Part shown: in pieces, positions 25,177 through 37,813 of the stretch
How positions within the stretch are numbered: position 1 is the stretch's first letter
Layout: each line of letters starts with the position of its first letter
Origin: Felis catus
Lineage: Eukaryota
DNA: 64,000 nt
NCBI RefSeq assembly: GCF_018350175.1
Contig: NC_058368.1
Location: 27,344,001 to 27,408,000 of the forward strand
Reading direction: 5' to 3'
Notes under the pieces: model-generated
Told to the model about the DNA's origin: nothing
Seen by the model: the letters and a program-made list of their open reading frames with translations, nothing else
Database searches by the model: none
Position numbers and translations under genes: made by a program

Positions 25177-26511
25177 GTAAGTAAAATTGGGGGGGGGCCA
25201 TCTGTTTTGCTGTGGTTTTGCCTTTTCTTTTGTATTCATTTAGTTTTTGTTTTCATGTGGGGGTAAGTAGATCAATAATTTCCCATTTTACTCCATATCA
25301 AATGGCACACCTCATAACCGATTTCATGTTCTGTGGCAACTTGGAGGAACACGGACCCCGCCCTGAGAGCTTACTTCTCAAGGTGAGCAACATTTCTGTA
25401 GCTTTTCCTCAGAACACCAAACCCGGCCACCGGGGCAGGGCACCAGATGCTTCTGTGCCTGCTGGACCCACCGCAGCTCACAGCACACCTGCAGGGTGGC
25501 CACCCTTTACCTGGGGGCCGTCCCCACAGACCTGTGTGTCCTCCCAGGGCTGGGACAGTAGGAAGCAGACCCCGAACACATTGTCCTTGAGCTCTGTTTA
25601 GGATGAAGGTATCATCAGAAAAACTCCTCCCCAGGATCCTTTATTTGAGGTGAGCTCTGGCTGTCGACGTGGGCAACTCAGGAGTAGAGGAGGGTTTTCT
25701 GCAGTATTATTGTTTTTTGTCCTTTCTTCATCTGGAAAGCAGACTGCCTTAACCGCTTAATGCTGGTGATTTTTCACGTCCAGACCCTAAATTGATGAAG
25801 GGGTCTAAATGGGCTTGCTCATAGAACAATAGTCGGGGTAATTACCCAGGGCTCTATTCAAAAAAAAAAGGGCGTATATTTTTTTTATGGGCACTCTGTC
25901 TGTGTCTGTAGTTAACGTCACAGTGGCATAATGCATTACAGTTGCGGATGTTCCCCGGGCCAGTAAAAGCCACCGAATGACACTGTAACAATGCCGTTCT
26001 CCATCCCATACCAGGTGCAGGGTGCCATGTGGGACGGGGCTATATGCGATTTACATATTCATTCTGAGAACAAGTATTATTTTCAATGATATAACGTGCC
26101 AAAATGTCGAGCGCCTCTTTCATCGGTGCAAACCCAAGGGATAATGTATCTGTTCGGATGAGAAGAGAGAGGGGCGTGAAAAACCAGGCTCTCGAGTGGA
26201 AAAGGGTTTTCTATGACTCTGTTGTCAGGCCTTGTTCGCGGCAGCATTAAAATACGTAAGAAACCCTCAAACGTGAACTCTGATAGGTGACCAGATATCC
26301 AGTGGGAGATCAACCCGGGACACCTGTCTTTATAGAAAAGGAATGGGAAAGAGCAGAAGTGCTGTCTCCTCAGACCATTCTCAGACCACCTTCTCGTGAT
26401 TCCTACTCTGAGGGATGACCCTTCTTCACGTGACCGTGTCGGTCCAGCAGTTCTGAAGTTAGGGTTACTAGGGATAGGGTGAGAAACACTAATATCGATG
26501 CCCCCTTTAAA

Positions 26512-26725
26512 TTTTTTTTTTCAACGTTTATTTATTTTTGGGACAGAGAGAGACAGAGCATGAACGGGGGAGGGGCAGAGAGAGAGGGAGACACAGAATC
26601 GGAAACCGGCTCCAGGCTCCGAGCCATCAGCCCAGAGCCCGACGCGGGGCTCGAACTCACGGACCGCGAGATTGTGACCTGAGCTGAAGTCGGACGCTTA
26701 ACCGACTGCGCCACCCAGGCGCCCC
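26512..26725 (-). mobile_element. CAN-SINE (very young felid type)
   Basis: CpG-intact copy; perfect 17-bp TSD tcgatgccccctttaaa (26495-26511 / 26726-26742). Confidence 0.96.
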
Positions 26726-27318
26726 TCGATGCCCCCTTTAAAAGGAGGGCCGTGCAGCATGGATTAGCAGGTGGAGGGGAGGTAAGGCTGGATTGGTAAT
26801 GGAGAAAAGGAAGAGAGGGAAAGGCCACTCGACTCTTAAAAACACAGCCCCTGCAGAGTGACGGCAAACCAGGTGCCTGAACACTGGGATATTCCGGGTA
26901 CCTCTTGCTCACCAGCATCAATTTCATAATATATTTTCGTTCCCGTGACTTCACTGTCCCACCTGGCAGGGAAGACTCAACCCTTGACTCCAACAGCGAA
27001 GTAGGAAGGGAACCACGCATTAGAATAGGGAAGGTTGGTGTTCTTTGGCAATACCCGTGGGAAGAAGCATGTGTTAAAAAGAGGCCCAGATCCTGTGGCT
27101 GGAAGAATGCCACGCCACGTGCCTAACATTACCCAGGGGTGAGCTGGCCTAGGCTGGGGGATCCAAACATCAGCACTATATTCCTGATAAATCGAGGCTG
27201 CATTGGACCATGAGGTTGAGGTCTGTTGCAACAATGCGCTTCCTACTGTGGGACCTCTGGATGAGCAAGCATCTGGCCACAAGCAGGCCTGAAGAACTCT
27301 TCCCACACTGCACAGCCA

Positions 27319-27449
27319 GGAGGGGGAGGAGAGGGAGGAGGAGGGAAGTAAGGGGAGGGGAGGAGGGAGAAGAAGAAGAGGCAGGAGGAGGAGGAAGGGA
27401 GGAGGGGAAGAGGGGGAAGGGAAGAAGGAAGGAGGGAGAAGGAGGAGGC
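27319..27449. repeat. GA-rich low-complexity polypurine tract
   Basis: ggagggggaggagagggaggagg…, almost only G/A. Confidence 0.9.
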
Positions 27450-27939
27450 CCCCGTCATGTCTTTTTTTACAGGCTCAAATCACGCAAGATAAAAAGAAGG
27501 GGAAAGAAAAGAAAGAGGACAGGGTGGCACCTTCAGAGCGAGACAGCAAAACTTGCCCAAAGAACCCCAACAGCCTTCCGTTTCTGTCTCGTTGTGCAGA
27601 ATTATTACACGTGTTGGTGCCTAGCTACAAGGAAAATGGGAAATATGCTTTTCTGACGGGACCCATTGCTCCCCAGAATAAAACCGGAGGTCTCAGAGTA
27701 AAGAAGGGGGGGGGGGGGGGAGGTGGATGGCGGCCCAGAGGCATTTTGCAGTTCCTGCCATACGCGGCCCCTCCCATCCCACTTTTACTCCTGTCCGATC
27801 TGTTTTTCACACGTTGCCTAGTGGGATTCACATCGTATCTCCCCACTTCAGCCCCTTGAGTAGCTTCCCATTGCACGAATAATATTCCCTCCGCAGCCTG
27901 CGGGCTCTCCACACCTGCCTCTTCAGCTCCGTCTTCCCT

Positions 27940-28300
27940 TGACTCTCCACGCGTCCTCCCCATGGGCCTCCCTCCTGCTGAGCCCTTCAGAACCAACTCC
28001 CACCCCAGAGCCTTTGCACCTCTGTCCCTCTGTCTGACTTGCACTTCCCCCCACCCCACATGCGTGAATCCTTCCCATCCTTTAGGTCTTGGCTGAGAGC
28101 CCACCCTTCAGAGAGGCCTTTCAACACACCCCCTCCCCCATAGGCTCACCACCCACTGCGAGTTCAAGGTCCTCCAGAGCACTTAGCAAATGTGCAGTGG
28201 TGTGATAATTCGTCGGCTTTTGCTGATTAGTCTTCCACGCACCCCAAGTGTCTGGAACATAGGAACAGGATGATGAGTAAGTGAGTGCGTGAGTAATGGG
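27940..28300 (+). mobile_element. L2 3' fragment (degenerate)
   Basis: agcctttgcacctctgtccctctgtctg…cagagaggccttt…ctggaacatagg…gagtaagtgagtg. Confidence 0.5.
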
Positions 28301-30739
28301 AAGGGCAGCAGGAAGGAAGCCTGAAACCGTTCAGAAGTTCCCGGGGACCTTGGAGAGTAGTTTGGTATCAGTAGCAGCGCAGTCCGGGGGTCCCGGGCCT
28401 CGACTCCGCAGGCATAATCACACAGATCGAGAAGCCCAGTAGCTGTGCATTCGGCGGGAACTGCTGTACTTTACCGGACCCCCCGGAGCAGGCTGGGGGG
28501 GTATTTGCGTGGAAGAGTCAGCAGAAGAATTCATGTTGGCATTCCTCAGTCCTACCTGTCCCACAACCTGTCCGTGAGAGACACCCCCCTACCCTCAGCC
28601 CCGGACTTTAATTCTGGGGAAGTATTTCAGCAGCCAGCAGAGACTGGAAAGTCCCAGCGGACGCCACCAGCCCACAGTGCTGTCTCCGTGGTGCCCATCC
28701 CGGCCATGGCGGACCTGAGGGGCCTTCGCGGGCCCTGATGGCTGAGACCCGTCAGGACACCTTGAAGGTGGGAGAGACCTTAGAGGGGAGCCGGAGCTGG
28801 AATCAAGGCTCTAGGGTAGAACAGGAAGATTGCACGTCCCAGTGAACAGCCTCAGACTTTTCCACTCTTTCCCGTGTGCTTTTGCAAAGATGACTACCCC
28901 CCAGACGCACAGGGGAGCTGAAGCCTACCTGTCATCACGCAAATAGTAGCAGCAACGTGGCCAAGCTGCTAGGTGTGTGCACATTTCATCACCCTCTGAA
29001 GGTTAAACACATCTCGTTTCGTGTCTGGGGCAGTTACGTTTGTCTCAACCACGTTTTCTCCGCTTACCCCCACGCGGTTCGGCGTGGTGGGACGGGGGTC
29101 GGTGTCCGTACAGGGGGCTGCTTCTGACATAATGACGGCGGAAGTCCACATGGATTGACACGCTTGCTTGCATTTGCCAAAAGCAGAACCAGCCATACTC
29201 CCGTTTACCTGCACGAATACTTCCCGGAAAACACGCCAGGAATCACATCCTGCCCTTCCCATTTCGAATTAGATCATGATTGTTTAGCCCCAAAATTCAG
29301 GAATGGCAGCTCAGTTTTCTTTCCCCCGAGTGGCTGGAAATCTCGTCGTTTGGCAGTTAGCATGAGTGCACCCTCCCATGTGAAAGATCTCCACGGTGCC
29401 GGTGCCCTTCTCCACGGCATTCCATGGCGGCCTTTCTGTTGGAAAGCCACGAGTGTCGGGAAATTGTTCTGAGGCCATAGGAAAAGCAGGTACATTGATG
29501 AACTGGCTTATCACAGCAGGTGGGGCTGGCCTGGTGTCCTGAAGGGAGGGCTCATTTAACAACTTCCGGGAAGTCCAGGCACATTTCTGCAAAGCTCCAA
29601 GCATGGCAAAAGGTTGGCTCCCTGCATAGATTTTACTGGAAATAGGAGAAGGAAAATTTCATTAAGTGTTAGTCCTTTAAACTGGATAAGAGGCACCCAT
29701 CTCCTCACTTTGCTAGTCATACTTTCCTGGCTTTCGTATTCGAGCAGGTAGCATTTGCTCGAAAGGGGAAAAGAAATCAAGAGCCACGAAGAATCACATA
29801 AAGAGAAAGTTGTGATTTATTTCAAGATTTACATCGAGGTCCGGGAGTTACCTCCTAGCCCTGTTGGTTTTCCGTTATGCGGACATTTGTTCAGGTTCTC
29901 ACCCCACTCCTATCTCTGGCCTTCACCCCAGGACCAGCTATTAAATCTAATCCAGTAGGCATTGTTTCCATCTGAACCTTGGCTTCAGGCCTCAAGGGGC
30001 AGCACCTGACCCAACCAAGAGTTTGGGGAGTTCAGCATCCATTCACTTTCGTTTGGGATCCTTTTTCACTTCTGACCATGGATGTGCAGTTACGAAAGAA
30101 GTTAGTTGAGGATGCCATCTATCCCAGTGTGGCAGCTGGAGCTCTCTCGTCTTTTCCGGGCCAGCTGGGTAGATCTCATCTGCTGGATATAGAAACAAAA
30201 GAAAAAAAAACATCAGCACAGGTGACTCATTTCACTCTTAGGACATTTCACCCTTATGTCATCCTTGACTCATGTTTATGTCATTTCTTAGCCTGTCCGT
30301 GTGGCAGAAACCTCCCCAGTTTTTCCGACTGAGAGACTTTGGGGTTTTGGTCTTCTTTGCCCTTCAAAAATGTATATTCCATAGGCCTGCCCATTTCCAG
30401 TTTTGCAGTTATGAGTAAAGCTTGTCAATTCGAAGCTCAGAGAGGAGCTGTTTGTAAAGTTCAGGAAGCATGTACCACAGCATTCAATTATTAATATGCA
30501 TGCCAAGATGATCAATTGTGCATGCCTTGTTACAACACACACACGTCTAATGAAAATTTAAACACTCCATGATATTCCCACTTTGGTACTTCCCCAACAA
30601 GCTTCCCAGTAAGAGAGAAGAGGAGGAAGGGAGCAACGTGGGGGAAAGGCAATTGGGAAAGCAGACGGCAGTGGAGAAGGGTTTATTAATATTAATTTAA
30701 GGATACGTGCCATAAATATAATGAGCGGGACTGCAAAGC

Positions 30740-30870
30740 AGAACTTGGAGGATGTCAGAGACCCATTGGCTCAAACCCTCTCATTTTATAGAGGAGGAAA
30801 CTGAGATCCCAGAGCAGACGCGATAGGCCTTGGTCATTCAGCAATTTGGGGGCAGACTAGAACCCAAGAC
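30740..30870 (-). mobile_element. MIR fragment
   Basis: ctctcattttatagaggaggaaactgagatcccagag…ggcagactagaacccaag. Confidence 0.65.
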
Positions 30871-32491
30871 GCTTGGCTCATTCTCATTGTCCAGATTGCT
30901 CTCGGTCATCGTGGGTAGGGATGCTTCCATGAACAGCGAAAATGATCAGAGGAGGATATTATAGCTGTAAATTTATAGCTTACACAGGTGGAGTTGAAGA
31001 AGCGTTCAGTGACCTTCTGTGTTGGCTCCACATGGAATACAAATGCCGCGGTCTGGTTACAAAATGCAGCCTTTGCCTCTAGCCCTGCCCTCCTCCCCCC
31101 TCCACACTGGTGCCTACGCTACGTCCCTCGCCTCAGGTATTTCCCTCGGCCCCGTGCCAGAACTGGAACCCCGCGTCTGTCACACTTCCTCCTCGTGTAA
31201 CCCACACCCCCTGTCCCCGTCTCCTGCCTTCTGCAGCACTTGAATATCTCATTCCTTTCTAGTTATTTTCTGTGCGGCAGGTTTGGGGGTTTTCGGGTTT
31301 TTTTCTTCTAGTAAGATTTTAGACTAAACAGAAACAGAGGCCGTTTACTCTTCGCCTTCCCCACCTCCCCAGGGAACATCACCCCCGGGCTCTAAGCGTA
31401 TCGAAGACCTCAGTACAACCATCAGCTGTTGATCAAAGACCATAGACGGAAATGAGGGCGGCATTGGAAATTGGCCTGGAACCTAAAACCTGCAGAACAC
31501 ATTCTAAATGTTGGGGTGTTTGAATACGCCATGATCCCAGTGGACTTGGCTCTCATATGCCATCCTCCTTCAAGTAGCATACGCAGAATATACTTCTGTT
31601 GAGAATCGTGCCGCAGGTGGTATTACGGTCCTCTTACATCACTTCAACCTGGAAGCCGGAGAGGTTAGAATTACCATGCAAATTTGCTTTATATATTTAT
31701 GATAGGAAATGGCGTCACCCTCATCTTAGACCTTGAAAACAGCAGACAGGGGAGAGGCTTTTGACGTAGCATGAAGAGATCCTCGTTCTAAGCCGAGCTC
31801 GACCATCAATTAGCCAGGTGACTTTCAGAAAGTCAGTTCAGCCTCTTGAGTCTTGGTTTTCTCGTCTACTCTATAGTGAAAGGGCTTGACCAGACAGTCC
31901 CCTCAGTTCCATTTTCATTGTGAAAACCCAGCAGTCCTTATCGTATCATTGACTTTGATCCTTTTTTTTTTTTTTCTTAATATCTACACAGAGCAAGCAT
32001 CTGCCAGGACCCAGCCAGGATGCCAAGGCTCCTGAGCTGAGCACAGAACAGTAGGTCACATATCCCTCCATGCATGTGCCCCCTTTCTGCCTCACTGGGG
32101 GGACGTTGTGTCTGCACGCAGCACTGCGGGTTTCAAGCCCCATTTCAACCCTAAGAGTGCGTGGGCAGCATGCACCCGGGGGTGGGGCAGACCATAGACA
32201 GGGCAGGATTCTGGTCAGAGAGGCGGCGCCTTCCCTGGCCACTCTCATCTGTTTTCTTGACTAAAACCGCAACACCTCAGGTGTTTGAATGAATGATGCG
32301 ATTCATCCACAAGTATTCACCGGTCCCTGTTACATACCAGGCAGGGCACTAAGCACCTGAGTGAAATAGGAGGGGTTTCTGGTCTTCCATGGACCACGAC
32401 CCCTCTTTCTGGATGGTGTCACCATCCACGTTTCTTCTGCCTGAAAAGCTCTTTCTGAAACCCTTCACTTCTTAGGAACATCTCGGCTAAA

Positions 32492-32526
<35 letters not shown>

Positions 32527-32814
32527 CTGCCAAGGGAAATTTGGCTTCTATGTTCCCGCTGTCGGAAAAGAATTTTATGAAGTGTTAAAATGTTTTCCGT
32601 GTCTGTGGTCGTCATTGCTAGCGTTCATCCAGGAGAAAAAAATTCCCCATAACTGCTTTAGCAACTCGACAGGTTTTCTGTTTCTCCTCAAAATCATACT
32701 GATGACTATATTTGCCAATGCTTTAAGTGCTGGAAACGTTATTTTCATTAAAAAAAAAAAAAAGTATCTATTTGCGCTCAGGGAATAAATGTCCAGAGAA
32801 GACATTAAAAAAAA

Positions 32815-33049
32815 TTTTTTTTAAGTTTATTTACTTTTGAGAGAGAGAGCATGAGCAGGGGAGGGGCAGAGAGAGGGAGACACAGAACCCGAAGCAGGCT
32901 CCAGGCTCTGAGCTGTCAGCACAGAGCCTGATGCAGGGTTCAAACTCATGAACCGCGGGTTTGTGATGTGAGTCTCGAACTCACGCACTGTGAGATCATG
33001 AACTGAGCCAAAGTCGGATGCTCAACCGACTGCGCCACCCAGGCGCCCC
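32815..33049 (-). mobile_element. CAN-SINE with internal duplication of the B-box segment
   Basis: Reverse-complement SINE ending caggcgcccc; two related 29-nt segments at 32929-32957 and 32964-32992. Confidence 0.92.
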
Positions 33050-33976
33050 GTGAAAATATTTTTTTAATAAAAACTTTCAAATCAAGAATGAGCCCAGAAT
33101 TTTCTGTTTCACAGGATACCAAAGCTGATAGCAGAGGATGCTGGAAGCCTGCCAGATCTGAGTGTTGAGCCTTTTCTGGCGTCTCTCAGTCTCACTGAAA
33201 ACATATCTACTGAGCCAAGTAATACCACTACAATGTTAACATGATTTTTTTTTTTAACTGGTAGCGAAATGAGAGACAGAAATTAAGCCTTACCCTCTGG
33301 ACCAATGAGGAGCCATGGAAGGCTAGATTTTAAGAGCTAACGTAGGATGTGCTAAGTAACGCAGAGCAATTCAGGAAAGATAGAAATTCCAGAAGCTAGA
33401 GGTGAAGCCCTGCTATCTTGATATGAGCCCAGTTGTAGGGACTGGAAAGGAAGCCTCGACTAAGTGTAAGGAGGAGGGGTGGGGAGTGGTCATGGGTAGG
33501 GGGTGGGGCAGGAGGGGAACAGACTATGAGGGAAAAAGTCTCTGAGCTGCTTTGGAAAGAATCCACATGCAACCATTTTTTTTTTCCCCCACAAAAACTT
33601 TTTAAAGCCAAGACTCGGCTAAACCTTTCAAACTAGATCCGAGGAAGAGTGAGGTGTCTGTAAAGTCACTTTAAGGCAGAGATGACGTGTTCTGGACTTT
33701 TATGTGCAACCGAGAAAGAAGTCCCAAGCTGGTGTCCAGGCTCAAACAAAGGAAAACTGTGCCCGGGGCGGATCATGAAACAGTAGCCACAAAGTGAGAG
33801 GACTTCTATTTATTAAGGACATAAACTGCTTAGGGTTTGCGCACTCCTTCTCCGGCAGGGTAGATGTATGATCCACGAGGCCAAAAATATTTACTATTTC
33901 TTTGCGGAGAAAGCTTGCTGAACCGTCTTCTGTAGGATCACAGAGCTAGAGAGGATATTTAGAAATAACTAGTCCA

Positions 33977-34100
33977 GGGGCGCCTGGCTGGCTCAGTTGG
34001 AAGAGCGTGTGATTCTTGATCTGGGGGTTATGGGTTCAAACCCCCACATTGGGTGTACAGATTACTTAAATAAATACATAAATTTAAAACAGAAAAGAAA
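33977..34100 (+). mobile_element. Short tRNA-derived carnivore SINE (SINEC_b-like, no CT tract)
   Basis: ggggcgcctggctggctcagttggaagagcgtgtgattcttgatctgggggttatgggttcaaacccccacattgggtgtacagattacttaaa plus A-rich tail. Confidence 0.85.
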
Positions 34101-34788
34101 GGACTATAGTCCATCCCCCTTTGCCTGGGGCCTCAAACACAGAGGCTCTCTTCAGCCCACACAGCCACTTAGTGGTGGAACTAAGACTTTGCCAACAACA
34201 AGGGCTCCCTGGCTCTCCCTCCCCACTCCTGTGCCTCCCCACGGTGTTGCATTCCTAAAAGCACTCCCTCAGCCGGCCCCACCTCCTCAGGTTTCCTCTG
34301 CTGAGGCGTGGGATTCAGCAACAGTGATGAACAAAAGTAGGGCAGAGTGGATTTTAGATGACCCGGTGCTAAGGGCACACACTGAGCGAAGCCCCTTCCC
34401 GTCTGGTAGACACGCAAGAAATGGGCCTTTTCCAGGTGCTGATTACGCTTCTCCGTCTCTCGGATTCCTCGGGACACTTTTGGAAAACGGTCCGTCAGCT
34501 TCCTGCCCCATAACAATCTCAAATATTTGGCTCCTGGGTTCTAGAAAATTCTACCTACCTAATGGACCAAGGGTCATTGGAGCCTTTCCTGCCTCCTTAG
34601 ATGCTCTCTGCAAGCTGCTTCTCCCACCATGACTCAATCATGTGTACGGCTGTCTCCCCCCAGGGCTACGAGAACCAGAAAGATCTTTGGATCTGCAGCC
34701 CCTAGTACGGTGTCTGGATGTTACACTCCACCATGCTCAGAAGACTCTGGCCCATAAGTGTAAATACATATACAAACGTTTATAAATG

Positions 34789-35071
34789 CGCTTGACCCTG
34801 GAACAACATGGGTTTGACCTGAGCTGTTGCACAGATGTTTTCAATGCAGTACATTAGGACTCTGTATTTTCTCCAGCCTCCTTTATTGTTAAGAATACAG
34901 GATGTACCACATATGACAGACCAAATATGTGTCAATCAGCCGTTTTGCTATCAGTAAGGCTTCCGGTAAACAGGAGGCTAGTAAGTTTTGGGGGAGGCAA
35001 GAGTTACGCATGATTTTTGACCGGGGGAAGGTCAGTGGCCCTCATCCCTGCATTGTTCAAGGGGTTGGATG
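34789..35071. mobile_element. Tigger2-derived MITE (Tigger2a/MER28-like)
   Basis: Degenerate TIRs ttgaccctggaacaaca…ttgttcaagggg; internal tcagtaaggcttccggtaaacaggaggctagtaagttttggggg. Confidence 0.75.
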
Positions 35072-35149
35072 TGTGTAATTTGGAGTTAGGTGAATGCAAT
35101 TCCGCTCCCTAGGGAAGCCCCTTCAGGGCCTCCGTTCCCTGTCTGCAGA

Positions 35150-35320
35150 GAGAGAGGGGATTAGAATCATGGGTCCCTTTTGAATTTCACCATTTGCTAA
35201 GTATGCGACCTCGGACAAGTGTCTAGCCCTCTCTGCGAATCTGTTTCTTCATCTGTGACACGGGCATAATGGAAGCACCAGCCCCAGAGGATCGCTGGGA
35301 AGTTTAAAGGAGATCATGTT
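35150..35320 (+). mobile_element. MIR fragment
   Basis: ccatttgctaagtatgcgacctcggacaagt…ctgtttcttcatctgtga…ataatgg. Confidence 0.65.
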
Positions 35321-35414
35321 TTATTAGTTTATTTATTTTGAGATGTTAAAGGAGAGGTTCTCAAACTTCAGCACTCGTTGGAGTGACCTGGAAAGCTTGT
35401 TAAAACAGTCCACT

Positions 35415-35493
35415 AGATCGGTGGTTGCCAGAGGCAGAGGGTGGAGGTACAGGAAATGGGGAGATGGGGTCAAAAGGTACAAACTTCCAGTTA
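35415..35493 (+). mobile_element. L1 (L1MA/MB-like) 3' UTR fragment
   Basis: gtggttgccagaggcagaggg…aaatggggagatg…gtcaaaaggtacaaacttccagtta. Confidence 0.75.
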
Positions 35494-35576
35494 ATCTGAA
35501 AAACAAAACTTAGTGGGCATGAAATTAAAGTGCAATTTGGCAATAGCTCTCAAAAATTTAAAATTCAGACACTCTT

Positions 35577-35763
35577 GGGCTCAGTCAGTTAAGCATCCAA
35601 CTTCAGGTCGGGGCACAATCTCACAGTTCGTGGGTTTGAGCCCCACGTCGGGCTCTGTGCTGACAGCTCGGAGCCTGGAGCCTGCTTGGATTCTGTGTCT
35701 CCCTCTCTGGCGGTCTGTCTCTGTCTCTCTCAAAAATAAACGTTAAACAAATTTTTTTTTTTT
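35577..35763 (+). mobile_element. 5'-truncated CAN-SINE
   Basis: Starts at ggctcagtcagttaag; TSD aattcagacactctt/aattcagatactctt. Confidence 0.88.
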
Positions 35764-35832
35764 AATTCAGATACTCTTTTATCTTTTCCACTGGCAAGAA
35801 TTTCTTATAAAGACATTTGTATAAAAATGTCC

Positions 35833-36058
35833 AGGAGCACCCGCATGCCTCAGTCGGTTAAGCATCCAACTCTTGGTTTCAGCTCAGGCCATGATCTCAC
35901 GGTTCATGAGTTGGATCTCCCTGTCGGGCTCCATGCTGACAGTGTGGAGCCTGCTTGGGATTCTCTCTCTCGCCCTCTCTTTCCCTTTCTCTCTGCCCCT
36001 CCCCTGCTCACATTTTCTCGCTCTCAAAATCAACAAGCTTAAAACATTATTTTAAAAA
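35833..36058 (+). mobile_element. CAN-SINE (older)
   Basis: ctcagtcggttaagcatccaactcttggtttcagctcaggccatgatctc…ggagcctgcttgggattc(tc)n. Confidence 0.88.
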
Positions 36059-36102
36059 GCCCAAAGACATGTCTGAGGATGTTCATTACAACCTGATTAA
36101 CG

Positions 36103-36919
36103 AAGGAATACCCCCAAACTATTGCGAGTTCAGCGCCAGACCACCACAATAAAGTGAGTATTGCAATAAAGTGAATCAAATGAATATTTTGGGCTCCCAG
36201 TGTATATAACAGGTATATTGTATATTGACACTGCACTGGAGTCTATTAAGCGTCCAATAGCATCGTGTCTAAAAAAATGTACATACCTTAAATTAAAAAT
36301 GCTTTGTAGCTAAAAAGTGCTAACCATCACCTGAGTTTTCAGAGAGCTGTAATCTCTTTGCTGGCAGAGGATCTTGTCTGCTGTTGGTGGCCGCTGACTG
36401 ATCAGTGTGGTGTCTGCTGAAGGCTGGGCTGGTTGTGGCAGTTTCCTATAATAAGACGACAATGAAGCTTACCACATCGATTGGATCTTCCTTTCACTCG
36501 CACACTTAGAAGCCATCATAGGGTTATTCGCTGGCCCAATTTCAACTTTGGTGTGTCTCAGGGAACAGGGAGCCTGAGGAGAGGGAGAGAGATGGGGGGA
36601 GAGCCAGTCAACGGAGCAATCAGAACACTCACATCTATCGATTAAGTTTGCCATCTTATATGGGTGTGGTTCGCAGTGCCCCAAAGCAATTTCAATGGTC
36701 ATCGTAACAAGTGCAATAATGATGAGGAGGTTGCAGTATTGCAACGAATTACCGAGAATGACCAAAACGTGGCACGGAGACATGAAGCGAACGGATGCTG
36801 TTGGAAAAATGATGTTGATGGACTTGCTCCACACAGGGTTGCCACAAGCCTTCAATCTGTAAAAGGTGCAAAATACCTGCGAAGCGTAAAAAAGGGAAGC
36901 CGGTGAAATGAAGTGCCTT
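36103..36919 (-). mobile_element. Internally deleted Tigger1 DNA transposon (Tigger1a-like non-autonomous)
   Basis: Both Tigger1-like ends are present. The minus strand reads the transposase start MASKCASERK fused directly to C-terminal QSM…. Confidence 0.85.
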
Positions 36920-37230
36920 TAACATGCATATGAATAGATTTCCAAGATATGTTAAGTGAGAGCGAGTTTCAGCACAGTATATACAATGTCAGCACTTTTG
37001 TGTAAGTGAAGAAAGGTTATGCTTTTTGTAATTAAAAAAAAAAGGATAGACACAGTCTATCTACTGCATGCGTAAGATTTTTCCCTGGATGGAGATGCCA
37101 GAATCTGTTAAGAGTGGTTACCTTTAAAGAGAGAAACTGGATGGGAGGCAGCCAGGATGGGAAGGTAACCTTTTACTTTTCATTTTATTCCTTTTTTCTT
37201 GAATACATCTATCACTTTTATCAGGTCAAT
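36920..37230 (+). mobile_element. Old L1 (L1ME-like) 3' fragment
   Basis: atttccaagatatgttaagtgag…cagtatataca…ctgttaagagtggttacct. Confidence 0.55.
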
Positions 37231-37511
37231 AGGGCTAATCTGGGCAGGGGGATTTATTGGATTTTAAAAGCCTAATAAATGCTGCGTGTTGTAAGGAACC
37301 ATTAAAATTATAATATTCTCAGAGATTTTTGTTTTGATACTTCTCAGAATATTTGAATATATGTATTAATAAGGGGACCTCCAGTTCCTGAAATGTATTG
37401 GGATTTATACAAAGCTTAAGAAGTCACCGCCCACCTAATATCTTACCATTTATTTGAATAATGTCACCATTCCGTGCTTGCTTGAAATTTGCTAAAAGCA
37501 TCCTATTTCTT

Positions 37512-37762
37512 TATATATATATATATATACATATATGTATATATATATATACGTATATATATATGTATACATATAAACATATATATACGTATATATGTAT
37601 ACATATGTATATATATGTATATACATACGTATATACATGTATATGTATATACATACGTATATACATATATACGTATATATATATACGTATACATATGTAT
37701 ACATATATATACGTATGTATATACATATGTATACATATATATACGTATGTATATACATATGT

Positions 37763-37809
<47 letters not shown>
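37512..37809. repeat. ~300 bp compound (TA)n/(TATACA/TACG) alternating purine-pyrimidine microsatellite
   Basis: Direct reading. Confidence 0.97.

Positions 37810-37813
<4 letters not shown>

Noticed and set aside
33977..34055. tRNA-Lys-like sequence with A and B boxes
   Set aside because: Continues into a SINE-specific 3' segment and A-rich tail and has a degenerate cloverleaf, so it is a tRNA-derived SINE rather than a tRNA gene
33997..34632. Longest ORF in the window (211 aa)
   Set aside because: Starts at a non-ATG codon inside a SINE, has no recognisable domain or exon signals, and is consistent with chance
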